From contig NC_092676.1 of NCBI RefSeq assembly GCF_964355755.1, positions 9,835,888-9,899,887 of the forward strand: 64,000 bases of DNA, in the 5' to 3' direction. Made by a program: the position numbers and the translations under genes. Positions 51,001-64,000 of this stretch are shown here, one piece after another (position 1 is the first letter of the stretch; the number at the start of each line of letters is the position of its first letter). Under the pieces are notes generated by a model, which was not told where the DNA came from, did not search any database, and saw only the letters and a program-made list of their open reading frames with translations. This DNA comes from Antedon mediterranea (lineage: Eukaryota; Animalia; Echinodermata).

Positions 51001-52190
51001 ATTAATTCCCCGGTCATTTTTTAAATCAAACACGTATGTACTGTAGTTCCCCGGGTATAATCCCACCCCCCTTGTACGTGAAATTTGCCAGAATTTGGGA
51101 GGTGGGACTATACCCGGGGATTTCCCGGTGCATGAACTGAAAATGACAATATTTCTTCTGGCTACGATTTAGGCTAGCTATATTCCGATGTAGGCCTAGA
51201 CATTAGACTGCCAGGTCATCTAGGCCTACTCTCCCGATTCCCCACGCTCGAGCTCTGTGCAAATCGCATGTTGTTGCATGTGACACGAACTACAGTACTG
51301 CTCCGGTCGGCATAGAGGGCGGTGTTTTTTTTATGGTAATCAAGCATGCAGTAGTGTCAACAAGGCAGAATGTACACGGCGAGCGAGTGTGCGGCGAATG
51401 CATGATGTGCAGAACGCGAAGATCGGGGCGATGATATTAAGGTTGTATTCAACTTTACGATGGCCAATGTTTGATGAGTTTTAAGTCAGCCGAATTCAGA
51501 GAAATTACTCTATTTTTTGGTGAGAATTTCTTTTAAAAAAATCGACGTCGGCCTAGCTAGCTAGGCCTACCTCTGTCCTAATGATAAATTATACACTGGG
51601 ACTTTGCCCGGGGATATGCTTGCTTGCGAAGGTAATCCTAAAGTCGGGGGTGGGATTATACTCGAGGTGGGATTATACCCGAGGAACTACGGTATTATGT
51701 ATTAATCTCATAATGAGCGCAAATCCAATCCAACAAACTGTACGACACGAATGTAAGAAGGTGTCCAAAGCGGGGTGTTTTTTCGAATAAATATGGTTTT
51801 ATATGTATGCTGGATCTGTTATAATACACACAACCCTGATTGGTTGATTTTATACAATTTCATATATGCTTTCCCTCACTTTTTCAATTGAGGGCAGTGT
51901 TGTACGCTTAGATTTTTTTATATGTTTTGACAATTGTGTTTGTGACATGATGAGATGAGTGTGTAGACAAAATAATGAGATAGTCCAGTAAGATGTTGCA
52001 CCTAAATAAGTTTAAATGCAGTCTATAAAAATATCCTACTTATTAAGAAAAATATTAATAATCTTGTTAATTTTTGTTGCTATTTCTTGTTTACGATTGC
52101 AGTACACGTCTTGGAGTGCTTGAAGATTTAGAGGACATGAAGAAAGAGAAGATGGACTTAGAAAGAAAAAAGGCGAAGAAAAAGAGGTGA
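45080..52190 (+). CDS. SPTY2D1: SPT2 homolog (histone H3/H4 chaperone), complete
   Basis: Exons 45080-45139 (MDFEKLLKLAS), 46445-46568 (KRYS..LPPPKK..V.SEAI), 47341-48264 (Lys-rich), 48819-48972 (DDFIDD..VSKYIRQIFGYD), 50600-50677 (NMEASY..IMKEE), 52103-52190 (RLG.LEDLE..stop); phases are compatible. Confidence 0.93.
48564..48713. repeat. 49-bp tandem repeat x3
   Basis: attcatggatctccgtgttacccggactggcaatccactctctgttaag. Confidence 0.95.
49090..49533 (-). mobile_element. 5'-truncated Penelope-like retroelement (C-terminal GIY-YIG endonuclease region plus 3' UTR)
   Basis: EHK...KSAITDHA...NH...KILDKE...RKIKEAIWIR...NRDQG..LSHIY pattern, followed by a hammerhead. Confidence 0.85.
49097..49141 (-). 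ncRNA. Minimal type-I hammerhead ribozyme (Penelope-associated)
   Basis: Minus strand: AUUUGC GUGACCA A GGCUAC UGAAA GUAGCU GAAA CGU A GCAAGU = stem I, core, stem II, GAAA, palindromic ACGU stem III, GUA cleavage triplet, stem I. Confidence 0.8.
49534..50356. repeat. 27-bp minisatellite, about 30.5 near-identical copies
   Basis: (atcatcttgcattttggtgttgacggt)n. Confidence 0.97.
51041..51692. mobile_element. pogo/Tc1-type MITE
   Basis: TA|ctgtagttccccgggtataatcccacc ... ggtgggattatacccgaggaactacgg|TA. Confidence 0.8.
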
Positions 52191-53284
52191 CATTACGGTA
52201 TTTAAAAAACATTACAAAAAAGTGTAATTTTTATGCTAGAGAAATTATTTTAAGCAAATTTTATATAATATATTCCAACATCATAAATCCAAGCTCTATT
52301 ATCTGTATCAGGGTTGAAAAATGTACTTTTAAATTGTGTACATTTTAGACTATACATACCAAGTAAAGTGTTTCTGAAATTTCTAATTTGCCATTTACAA
52401 TGAGATTTTTATATTCTCAACTGTATTTGATATACAGTATAGTTAGGCTAATTTAAACTGATATACCCTGGTGATTCTAACTCGGATACAAGCAAGTATT
52501 ACTACTGTAGCCCTAAAAGCCAGATCAGTGTCAATTGTCAGTGTTGCTGAATGGTGTAGCGCACAATCTATGTGACTACCTCATATACATATGTATAAAA
52601 CTGAAGCATTTTTAACCAGTGGGGTACAGTAATCATGTACACATAAAGCTAGTAGTGATGGTGTAGGTGCTATCCGGTGCAATTTAAATGCAACATAAAG
52701 TGAAAGTATTGTCTCCCAACAATATTAATGAAACGTTGATCATGTCCAAATATGTTTTTTATCTTGCATTTAGAGATATTATTAAGCCTAATGATTTTAC
52801 ATAAAATATGTACTTAACTTAACATTAGTTTGTTTTTTTTTTGCAATTCTTTGCGAATATTAAGGTTTGCATCTCTTATCTTGCCCATACAAGCAAATCT
52901 CACTAACTCAGTAAATTACCAAACCAGTATCGTTTGTGTAACTAATGCTTATACTTTTTCAACTAATATATAATGTGGGTTAGTTTTATTGAAGATTTAT
53001 AAAATGTTTTTGTAATGGATATCTTAGAAACAATTAATGATTTATGATAAGTATACCATCTCAATGAATGCTGTATTGTTGCTGGCACCAGCCAAATACA
53101 TAGTGTTGTGATGTAACTATGACAAATCTACAATACACCATGCAATTTATAACAACATTTTTGTTCATGCTAGTGTTGCAAATTTAATTTCAGATGGTAT
53201 AAATTGGAAAAAAAAAATGTTTATGTTTCAACTTGTTAATTTATGTTACCAACACATGGCTTTTTGTCAACACCCAACCATTAA

Positions 53285-53417
53285 TAAAGGGCTTTTCACA
53301 CCTGTTCCGGTCTGGTTCCAGTTCAGGAGGTTTATGTCAAATTTCGCATACACAGCATTAAAAACATTGAGACACGAGTCTATCTGCCACACTAGAGCAG
53401 GTGTAAAAGGCCCTTAA
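53285..53417. mobile_element. Small MITE
   Basis: taaagggcttttcacacctg ... caggtgtaaaaggcccttaa. Confidence 0.5.
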
Positions 53418-54525
53418 GTTTTGTAACCCACACTATGTAACCACTTAATTAATAATAGAGAGTATTTTTAACACTGAAAGTTAACTTATTCAAACACTAT
53501 AGTTTTGCTTTAACAACAAAAATACATTATGGACATATGACTTTCAATTTGTACTGTTTATTAGATAGAATGTAGGTATAGGTAGTATACAGTAAATCCC
53601 TCCTTTGGGACACTCCCATTAAGGGGCCACTTTTCAATGACCTGGACGAGGAGAAATATATGTTTTAACACTACAACCAACCCTTCTTCAGGGGACACCT
53701 ATTATTTGTTTGGGTCCCGAAGGTGTCTTATTAATGGTTTTACAGTATTTAAAAATAACGTTAGTTTGCATACAGAGTTCAGGATACAGCCATCTATTTT
53801 AAAAAGGTAATCAAAACAGTGCAATTTACTAAACACTTTGTAATTAAAAACATTTTTGATCTGTTTGCATATTTTATTATTTATTATGCTTTTAGCTTTG
53901 CTGACGTTGATATCGAGTTTCCATATTGATTGGAGAAGTTATTTATTTTATTAAAAGCATTCAATAACATAACTGTATTATGAATTTGTGTTTGTTTGTG
54001 TTCAGTCTATCCGAAATATGTTGTTTTAAGTTTTAAAAAGACCCCGTAACATAAGGATAGGTGATTCATGTCTCTTATCAGTTGTAGCAGCGCATACCAC
54101 AAGCTAAAAAAAAACAACAATTATCTTAATTTTATTTGTAGAAGAAATTACCATTTCATTATGGAAAATGACTCCCTAATCAAAGCGAGCACCTGCACTG
54201 GTGTATCTGATTGTGCATTTAATATGAGCCAGATACCTTCCTACCTCACTTCCTCGCTGGTTATTATATACAATGACAAACTGTGGATTATTGATTGTCG
54301 TGTAAAAGCTTTTAAAAAGTTGACCTCAACGTCAAAGCAAGTTCAGGATATGAGTAGAATCAATTTATTGGAAGTAAGGCCTCTCTACAGAAACAAAGGA
54401 AATTATAGTGTCTGGTAGCGCAGTAAGGACATCCCCTGAGCAAGTTGATATGAACTTACAGTAGTTGAAAATTACATCAACACAACAAGTTTCCAATTTG
54501 TTTTTGAATTTTAACAGTTTTTACA

Positions 54526-57500
54526 ATGATTTTGCTGCTTCGTCTGTGTGTATGTTTAGCTGTGGTTGTTTTTGTAAATGCTGCTACCGACACTCATCCA
54601 GATATACCAAAGATACCAGATGGTACTGAACCTGCATCGACAGATGAAAACATTGACAATGAATTGAGTCCTGAAACAAAACCTACGAAAGAGACGAAAG
54701 ATGAAATTATACCAACTCCGAATGTGGACGAAGACGTCTTACCAACTGCGGAAACTCCGACAGGAACAGGTTTTACGCACAGGCCTCCCCGGCCACCAAC
54801 GGTAGATAACCCTACCCTGTATCATTACATCCCAGTCCCTGGTCCCCCAGGAATGCCTGGACCAACAGGTACTACAGGGAATCCTGGCTACCCTGGTCCA
54901 CAAGGACCAATGGGATACGCGGGCGCACCTGGAAACAACGGTAACAATGGGTCTCCTGGTCCGGCTGGACGACAGGGTTCGGACGGTCAGAAAGGCGAAA
55001 GAGGGTCACCGGGCATTACAGGTAGGTACTCATCATATTTTAGAAATTAAAAATTGAGTTAGTTAATGGGGTGGTGGAGTAGGCCAAAAGAATCATATTT
55101 CCGTTTGTCAACCACAATAATAAAAAAAAAACTTAATCTCAATTCTTTCAGAATTTAGAAATGACATACTTGGTTTCGATTAAAAAATAAAATGTATCAA
55201 TGTATCAACTTTCGTAGAATATGTACGGTAATGTATATGTAAATTATACAATGCGCAAAGAAGAAAAACCTTATTTGTGACACGAAAAGTAATGGTTGAA
55301 CTTTGTTCATATTGATAACGCACGCTTGGTGTTTCCGACGACCTTTAGTAGGAGGCCTTACTTAAACAAAATGGATTATTCAACTTAAATAATTTATTAG
55401 CTTCCTTCACAAAATACAATGATGATATTAATAGACATAAAGCATTTCATCATTCATGGTAGGGACTACTCCAAAAAAGAAAAGAGGGAGAAGTACGTTT
55501 GTAGACATTCGTATTGCATTATGAATTTTGCATTCATCAATTTGATGATATGCAGCTTGCAACATCATAATGAACAACAACTAATAAACATAACAAAAAC
55601 ATGGTATATATTAGAACATTGAATGTTAGAGAAGTTTGTGACATTTTTTGACGTGGTTTTTGCACTGTTTTTCTGTTTTATATTGTGTTGTGTATGGTCA
55701 CAGGAAAACTCAATGTTCTATATCTTTTTGTATGTATATAACAATGTAAATCCAGGTGGCCTTATATTTATAGTATTCTTCTAAATTACTAGTCCAATAC
55801 AAATATGCAATATTGTATCTGCATATTCTAATAAAGCGAAAAATAAAAAGAAGACAAAGCATAAGCATCTTGCTTTGTGACGTCACCAATATATCGGGTT
55901 TCTTAACAATCTGTTGAAAACAGATAATTCAGGGCGATAAAGTTGAAAGTCGTGGACTATCGGGCAAACAAACGTGAAAAAAAACCGGAATACTTGACGA
56001 GAATATCAAACGCTTAGTGCTTGTTGTTAAATGTTTACAATCCGTATTGTATTTGTATTATACAGGTGATCCAGGTGTTCCAGGAGCATCTGGTACTAAT
56101 GGTGAACGTGGGGCAAGAGGCCCAATGGGTGATCGAGGCCAAATGGGTCCATCCGGAAGAACAGGGGCACGAGGCGTAATAGGACCGACCGGTCCGAAGG
56201 GTAGTCGTGGTAAGTACCAATACTATTTCAATATTGTTAAAGATCACAGCGAACTCAACATGGTGTTTTCCTGATGGTATGTGTTGTTTATAAGTTAAAA
56301 AAACGGGGCTTTATTTATCAACCAGTTATTATTATTGTTTTTAAATTTTTATTTTAGAGTATTATATGTTTTCTATTTGCTTTTTGAAGTCAGTGCCTCC
56401 TTCATGTTGTATATTGTAAAAGAATTATATTTAGAGTATGTTTTTTATGACCGAAGGAAATAAATGTCATTTTGATTGATTGGTTTTCTTGAAAATGGAT
56501 AAACGTTCATGTATTGAAAAGACAACCACTAAATCTTTCTGTTATTTTTAAACTCGACTTAATCAAAATTTAAGCGTTAAGTAGGATTGATAAACCTGAC
56601 TCCTGGTATGCAAATTACATTCTTTATTCCTATTGATTACTAGGTGCAGAAGGTAAACCAGGCTCTTCGGGTATGCGGGGATTTCCTGGTAGTTGTGATT
56701 GTACCCAATCACTTGTGTACCAAAGAGCATTTTCAGTTGCCAGAACAACCAGTTTAACTGCTAGTAATGGTCACATGATTATAACATGGAACCATGAATT
56801 TTCAAACGTTGGTGGAGATTTTGATATGAGTACGGGTATGTTCAATGTCACTATACCAGGTAGGTACGCGCATTATTTTTAAAAAGGGGCCAAAGACTAA
56901 ATATTTTAATTTTCTGTGTCACAAATGTCAAAAAGTCATGCTTTAAAAAAATACTTACTTCTTTGATTTAAAACCTTAGGTTTAATGTGTCCTTCTGACA
57001 TAACCGACGTACGTCTTCTTTTAAACCTAACACTATTTCAATCACATCTTTTATATTGTTTTGTTTACAATTTGTACGGTAAAATGTAAAAGGTTCAAAT
57101 AGGCTATACTGTAAATGCAGAGATAACAAATTAAAATACCTAAACTGCATAAACTTGTATTTAATTTTGTCCTATTCATAATTACAGAATAATAACAGGA
57201 GTTTTAAAGTTGATTTTAATCTATTGTGACTTTGTTTTTCAGGAACGTACTTTTTTACAATTCATGTGTACAAGTCTTCCAGACAAAACTTTCCGCTTGT
57301 ACAACTACTTAAAAACGGTAAGAGCAACCACAAATCGAATTGTTATTCCCCCTTTATGTCCAAATTGTTTAGTTATCTTCGTCAAAGCTTAATAGACTCA
57401 AAATAATGTTCCTTGTTTTATTCCTAGACAAATGCACATGTGAATTAAACTTGTTAAATTATGGTCTAATTGTCTGTATTCATATTTCCATTTCTGCCAA

Positions 57501-60019
57501 AATGCAACAAATTCAGTTTCAGATTTATTTCACACATAAATATTGTAGTTTCTGAGTTCATTCGCTTCAGATAAAAAATAGCTCTAAAGCCTGTTTTCCA
57601 TTAGGCGAAATTATTCGCGAAAATGAAAAAAAAAAAAGTTAACTATAATACGCATGCGTATTATTATTTTCCCCTAATTTTTGTGACGTGAAAAATTGTG
57701 CAACCAATCAAAACTCACGATCGTTCGATTCGCGCGAATACATTCGCCTAGTGGAAAATATATGTTTAAAGGTTTCTACTTTCGATGCAAACAAGTGCAT
57801 AACTATCATAGCTCACGAATTCGCATCGCATACGTTCAAACAACTCGACATACTCGCGGTCAATGGCAAATTATAAAGGTATGGTGAAAATTGAATACCT
57901 TGAATATAAGAACACAATAGTGTCGCACAATAGTGTTTTGAGAAAATAACAACAAAAACATAATATTTTTTTAATAATAATAATTATTTATTGTTGGTAT
58001 TCCATTATTATATATTATATTATGACAACTTATTTATTCGTATTTAAATGTAAAATGGTATAGTAACTTTCTACAAAAATTTTTGGTTTGTATGAATTAT
58101 TTACTTACTTACTTCTATAAGTTTAATGATTCAATATTCTGACTGAAATACCATTAAGCCTGTATTTGATTTGTTATCAAAATTAAATGAACTACCGGCA
58201 TATCCGGTTGTTTCCTGCGTTTACACCTGACATAACCATGACATACAGTCTACCAACCTATTTTTTTATTATATTCTTGATTAGTCATAGTACCCATAAG
58301 AATTGGTTCGCATATCTGTTTTATAAAGGAAATGACATATCTCGTACAAAACTGTGGTCAAATTAGAACGAGATGTTTTGTGGTCCCGAACACTTTTATT
58401 GTATAAGAAGCATCAATTGTTGTCTAGATAGGTTATGCTTGAAAACCACATTTACTCAAGATACATAGATAGAGATCTCATAATCTACCGTTAATTACCA
58501 AATACTACTTATAAATCGTAATGACTCCCCATGGGTCACTCTTCTTTTGTGTCAAATCCTAACCTTTTGTCTAACTTCTCCCTATCGTATAATATAAGAG
58601 TTACGAATTATAGCCATGTTAATACTATTGTATTATTACTGTAGGCCTATTACAAATAGCAATCATAAGAGGCATACGTTTTCTGAACTCATCAGCACTC
58701 TGAATTACTGGCCTACAAAACACAGTGTTGTTACCGTTGCTGACAGTAGGGCATATGCTAACTTAACGTAGCCTTACTGCGATGTGGAACACAGACCATA
58801 AGCCGGTTTTGCAGTGCTTATGGAAGAGCTTGAGTTTGATAAACGTTACCATAAAAACACGCTGGTTATAAATACATAAAAATCAATTTAAAACGACTGT
58901 TTTTACACTGTCACTTCATATTATATTGAATTGCATGTTGTGATACTGAAACACAGTAATTATGTATATTAAAAAAACGAATGTGGCAGGTGCATGTTCT
59001 AGAACCTTCTGTAGTACTTATGTTTGGGGAGTTAAAATGTACATTAAGATGTCTATTACTTGTGACTAGCAATACCAAATAGGCCTATGAGAGTAAATAC
59101 TGGATATTGTTTAAGTTCCCATAGAAAAATTAGTTGCATCAAGGCAATCTAACAACAGGATGCTGAGCTCTGCTGCGACACGGTTGTTTACTAATCGACA
59201 ACTCGCGCCGCGGCGTAGAATATGTACATTGGACAGCACTGCTGGTATTTGTCGCAGCCAGACATAAGATCAAATGACTGTTGCGTGTTCCTAATTTGAC
59301 AAAGGGAGCTCAATATCCTGTTGTTAGATTGCCTTGATTGCATCTTTAGGAGCACATTGGTAGTATGGAATAGTCACATTGTTAAAATGGCAGATAACTC
59401 ACATTTATTTTCACTATCAATACAACTAAAACATTTCATCAGACAGGCACCAGAACTTGCTTTTCGAGTCCAACTCCTTAAAAACAAGGCCATATACATT
59501 GGCTGCAGTCGCGTGCTCAAATTTGAGTTAGTGTTTACCGAACGACCAACCGACCGACCGACATAGTGAGCTGTAGAGTCGCGTTTTAATTGTACGCGAC
59601 TAAAAACATAGAATTTGTTTTTGTATGCGTTTTATTTCTTCTTCTTCTTTTAAGAATAATAGTCATGCCCGCACATGTACAGACATAAAATCCGGTAGTA
59701 TTACTATAGCATTTATTTTACATACCATTTTTAGTACTTGAATACGATTTTTTCTTCTTTGAATGGATCATTACAACCACGTGATGATGATGATGTTTTG
59801 TATATCTTACTCTTATTTACTTTTTTAGGTGATCACGTGATAGGTGTGATTGATTATGGGCCAAATGATAGTGAAGATTCGTCTGGTAACAGCGTGGTAC
59901 TGAACCTCACCAAAGGAGACGCTGTTTGGCTACTTCTCTACGATGGCAAAGAAATATACAGCAGTCACTATAAATTTACAACTTTTTCTGGATTTCTACT
60001 CTTTCCAAATTTTGAATGA
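54526..60019 (+). CDS. Secreted collagen-C1q domain protein (C1q/CTRP-like), complete
   Basis: Exons 54526-55021 (signal peptide, acidic Pro/Thr region, Gly-X-Y), 56066-56209 (Gly-X-Y), 56644-56859 (AFSVAR..FSNVGGDFD..TG.F), 57243-57317 (GTYFF), 59829-60019 (SGNSVVL.L.KGD.VWL..TTFSGFLLFP). Confidence 0.93.
57585..57770. mobile_element. MITE
   Basis: taaagcctgttttccattaggcgaa ... ttcgcctagtggaaaatatatgtttaa. Confidence 0.5.
59137..59343. mobile_element. Inverted-repeat element, ~35-bp arms
   Basis: gcatcaaggcaatctaacaacaggatgctgagctc ... gagctcaatatcctgttgttagattgccttgattgc. Confidence 0.6.
59500..59606. mobile_element. End of a Helentron-associated (DINE-1/HINE-like) element
   Basis: (accg)n microsatellite followed by the hairpin agtcgcgt..acgcgact and an A run. 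Confidence 0.45.
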
Positions 60020-61139
60020 TGGTACGACAATTTTGAGTAGAAATGTTCTAATTTATGTTTCGATGTGATGGAGATATATTAATTAAATAGCGGGGGATTA
60101 TAACATTTGAGAGGGATGGCCAAGACAATATATAATGTTTAAAATGAATGTCTCTTTTTAAACAATAACGTTGTTAAGCCTACTACTTTAAGTTTAGGTT
60201 TATGTATAATTAAAACAAATTAAATACTTTATTGTACATTATGCTTCATTTATGATTATCAATACAATAAAAACATGTTAAATGTATGCGAGGTTTGGTT
60301 GTTTGTTTTTAAGACAATAGTTCATGCACACGACACATGATATACCATTGGTGAAAAGAAAAAAGATATTGAAGATCTATTAAGATGATGAGGAGGAATA
60401 ATATTTGAAAAAAAAAGAAGATGGCAATAATGATGATAATTATTTTGATTTACAATCAGGACCTACGGTAAATATTATGCAGATCGGCACAATTAATGCG
60501 TTATGTGCTGAATGTGAGTAATGCGTAGCAAACACGAACGTAAGTGAACTAAATATTAACCTGTTTTTTGATTCTCATTAATTTCTTTGACAATAAAGCG
60601 AATCCTAAATAATGACAATATAAATTATGTTGGTGATGTAAGTACATTGTGAGCATTGGTATTTTAAACTCTCTACTTATATCATGATCACAATTAGTCA
60701 TCCATATTCTTCAAAATATCAACATCATTATCATCATCAGCAGCAGCAGCACAATTTTTCTTCTTTGAAATGACTATTACAATCACGTGATGATGAAGTT
60801 TCATAAATTTGTTTGTAGCCTATATTTGATCTTATTTACGTTTTGTTGGTGATCGCGTGATCATCATCATCATTATCATCATCACCATAAGCACCATATG
60901 CATTTTTTAATGGTAATATCATATGCATTTTATTACACATGATATTAACATTAAAATGACTATTAATATACTTGCTAGGCCTACGATTTATTAGTGCTAT
61001 ACACCAGAGATAAACATTCAAACTAAATTCAGAAATTAATACTTTATTGTTTTCGGAAATAGAAATATGAAACAAAATATATACAATTAAAGAGAATTTA
61101 CTTTAGCAGTACTATGAAAAAAACCCAAATAATGTGTCA

Positions 61140-63841
61140 TTAAATGGGCATTGGAAAAATCAAGAATCCAGAGAAAGTAGTGAATTTGTATGGATTGCTT
61201 GAAAGTTCACGCTCTCCGTGTAACACCATCCAGATTACGTCACCCTTACGTAATGTTAAGATGACACTATTGCCACTGGAATCATCGCTATCGTTAGGTC
61301 CATAGTCAATAGCACTAATAACATTTTCACCTGTAAGATAATTAAGCATAATGTTTTAGTCAAATACGGTATCGTAGTAGACTTAGATATGTGCTGCGTT
61401 GGTTACTGGACAATCACCACACGTTATTTAATAACTTCCATCGTTCCAAGTGGTATTTTGTCATCTATGGACCAGGGCGCATTATATTTATAGAAATCAT
61501 GAATAATTCTTGAGATTCGTGAATACGATAAGGTTTAGGAAAAATTAAAAATACATTTTTATGACTGTAACTTTCTGCAATATTGGTTTTATCGTTATGT
61601 GAAAGGTTTTAGCCTTCCAAAAAATTGAATTGTTTTACCTAGGTTCAAAGGTCAAATGCTTAAATGTTACTTTACCGTTTTTCACAAGTTGAACATGTGG
61701 ATAAGTCTGACGAGATGTTTTGGATACGTGGAAGGTAAAGAAATATGATCCTGTAACGAAACAATGCGCCATTACTAATTTAGAATAAAATCCAGGAAAG
61801 GAAAAGAAATAAATAGAAATGGAACTTTCAAACTATTTAAAACATAAAATATAAAACTGCATTTATAAATTTTGATTTGATTTGAATTGAATTTATTTGG
61901 AAAATCAACATAAAAAATACATACAAAGTGATAACATAAATTACGGACATTACAAATAATACATTTATAAAAGACTTTCCAGGATAGCCCAAAAAGCTTA
62001 TCAGATTATTTCCATTGGGATCCTTTTACAATCTAAAATAAAAAATATAAACATTACAAAGTATAGCATTAAACACGTAAATATTACAAAAACAATAATA
62101 TAAAAAACAAGTTAAATTAAAGACTATGATTGACTTATAAAGTTATTTGGTAGAACAGAAATGTGATTTAACATTTTTCTTAAAATTAAATTTGTTTTCT
62201 ATTTGTTGAATGGAATGAGGTAGGTTATTCCATGCCTTTATGCCTGTATAATAAAACGTTTTAGATATTTGACTATCAGATTTAGGAACTGAAAAACCAT
62301 TGACACTACTTCTAGTCATATAATCGTGGTTAGATGAAACTCTTTGAAACTTTTCAGTCAAATAAGGTACTGTTTTTCTATAAAAAATCTTATGAACATG
62401 ATTAAGTTTGAGTTGGCAAATTCTATCCTCTAGACATAATTGACCGATTTGGTTCAGTTCGTCTTTACCAATATGTGCACGATTATTTTTATTTAATATA
62501 AACCTAGCAACTTTATTTTGACTGGTTTGGAGTCTTTGTTTAAGTTTTTTAGAAACACCGGAAAACCAGGAGCAACATGCATAGTCAAAGTGACAAGTAA
62601 TCAGTGCCGAACATAGAATTTTACGAGAAAAGAAATTTAGACATGCAGAATGTCTATACAAAAATTTAAGTCTTGAATTAGTCTTACTAAGAACTTTTTG
62701 AACCATAGATTCTCCAGACAGGTCTTCATCAAGCAAACAACCAAGATATGAGATCATATTCTTCTTACATATCAACTTATTTTTAAACATAACAGCAAAA
62801 TCATGAACATTCTTAAGTTTTCTTTTAGTACCAAACAATATTGATTCAGTTTTATCAGGATGTAATGATAGTTTGTTGTTTATAAGCCAGTTGTTACATG
62901 ATTCCAGGTTTGAACTTAAATCATTAGCTATTTGTCTAATATCATTACCAGAAGACAACAATATTGTATCATCAGCATATAACATAATATTGCAATTTAC
63001 ACTAATTGGGATGTCATTCATGTAGCATATGAATAAAAGAGGTCCTAAAATGCTACCTTGCGGAACTCCGCTAGATATAGTACATGGTTGAGACTGAACG
63101 CCATTTACTGATGTAATTTGTTTGCGATCTTTCAAATATGATTCAAACCATAATAATGAATCTTTATCAATGCCCATATGAACCAGTTTTTGCAATAATA
63201 TCTGATGGTTGACTGTATCAAAAGCCTTTTGTATGTCAAGGACCACCAAACCTGTAAAGTTACCTTTAGGTATTTCAGATCTTATATGATCGGTTAAATT
63301 AATTAAAGCAGTATCAGTAGAATAATTTCCTCTAAAACCTGATTGAAAATCATTAATTACATTGTTTTCATTGAGATAGTTATGTAATTGTACAAAAACA
63401 GCTTTTTCGATTATCTTAGATATTACTGGTAAGATGCTAATAGGTCCATAATTACTAACTTCCTGCCTATTGTTCTTTTTAAATAATGGTGTGACCTTAG
63501 CAAATTTCATATTGTTAAGAAAAACCTTTAACCTTTAACAATTAAATTGACAATGAACGTGAAATGAAAGACCATTTCGATTGTCACTCATCGATGAAAG
63601 AATGGTATACATTGTGCCATACCTGATACAGTAACGTTAAACACGCCTGTTTCCATATCGAAGTCGCCTCCTATATTTGAAAATTCATGTTCCCATATAA
63701 TCACCATATCACCATCATTTGCTACTATATTATTATTTAGCGCCACTGAAAACGCACGATACTGTCTATTCACGGCATTTGTAGTGGTAAACGTCCCTGG
63801 TATTCCTTTAGGTCCTTGTGTTCCAGGTTTACCAGGAAAAC
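61140..63841 (-). CDS. Second collagen-C1q paralogue, last three exons (5' part beyond the window)
   Basis: Exons 63841-63623 (Gly-X-Y, RAFSVAL..FSNIGGDFDMETG), 61750-61676 (GSYFFTFH), 61330-61140 (DYGPNDSDDSSGNS..TTFSGFLIFP); same phases as the + strand paralogue. Confidence 0.92.
61870..63530 (-). mobile_element. 5'-truncated LINE (CR1/L2/Crack group) with an uninterrupted RT ORF at 62143-63510
   Basis: QSGFR, DIQKAFDTVNH, GVPQGSILGP and YADDT motifs; 3' UTR stem-loop near 61981-62024; AATAAA plus (TCAAA)n tail near 61871-61898; intronic and sense to the host gene. Confidence 0.93.
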
Positions 63842-64000
63842 CTGTAAAATATACCAGTGATAATGTTTAGCTTCATTAGGATACATAAACTACTAATTTA
63901 TCATGATAATCAGGATGGATAAACCGATAGATTATCTAGACTATTATAATCGCTTGTTGTTGCTAAAATTACTTGCTTTAGAGGTCAGATCGAATTATTA

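Overview
AT-rich eukaryotic (invertebrate animal, plausibly echinoderm-like; taxon is an inference) genomic window with GT-AG spliced genes. In order: the 3' part of a type-B LGR (rickets/bursicon-receptor-like, +); a 46-47-bp satellite; a complete 14-coding-exon LIN9 gene (-); SPT2/SPTY2D1 (+), head-to-head with LIN9; and two tail-to-tail collagen-C1q paralogues. One LIN9 intron (19347-25002) holds an intronless antisense VHL CDS, a tandem array of hairpin units, and a 135-codon candidate alternative first exon that could splice in frame to the last three LIN9 coding exons. The LIN9-SPT2 intergenic space is mostly nested non-autonomous DNA transposons, including a 6.8-kb TAC..GTA element with a 6-bp TSD (IS3EU-like) carrying an Academ-like element with ~1.2-kb arms. 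An SPT2 intron holds a Penelope-like GIY-YIG remnant with a minimal hammerhead ribozyme showing a G3-C8 covariation. All exon and element boundaries were read by eye; family assignments rely on recalled motifs, not database searches.
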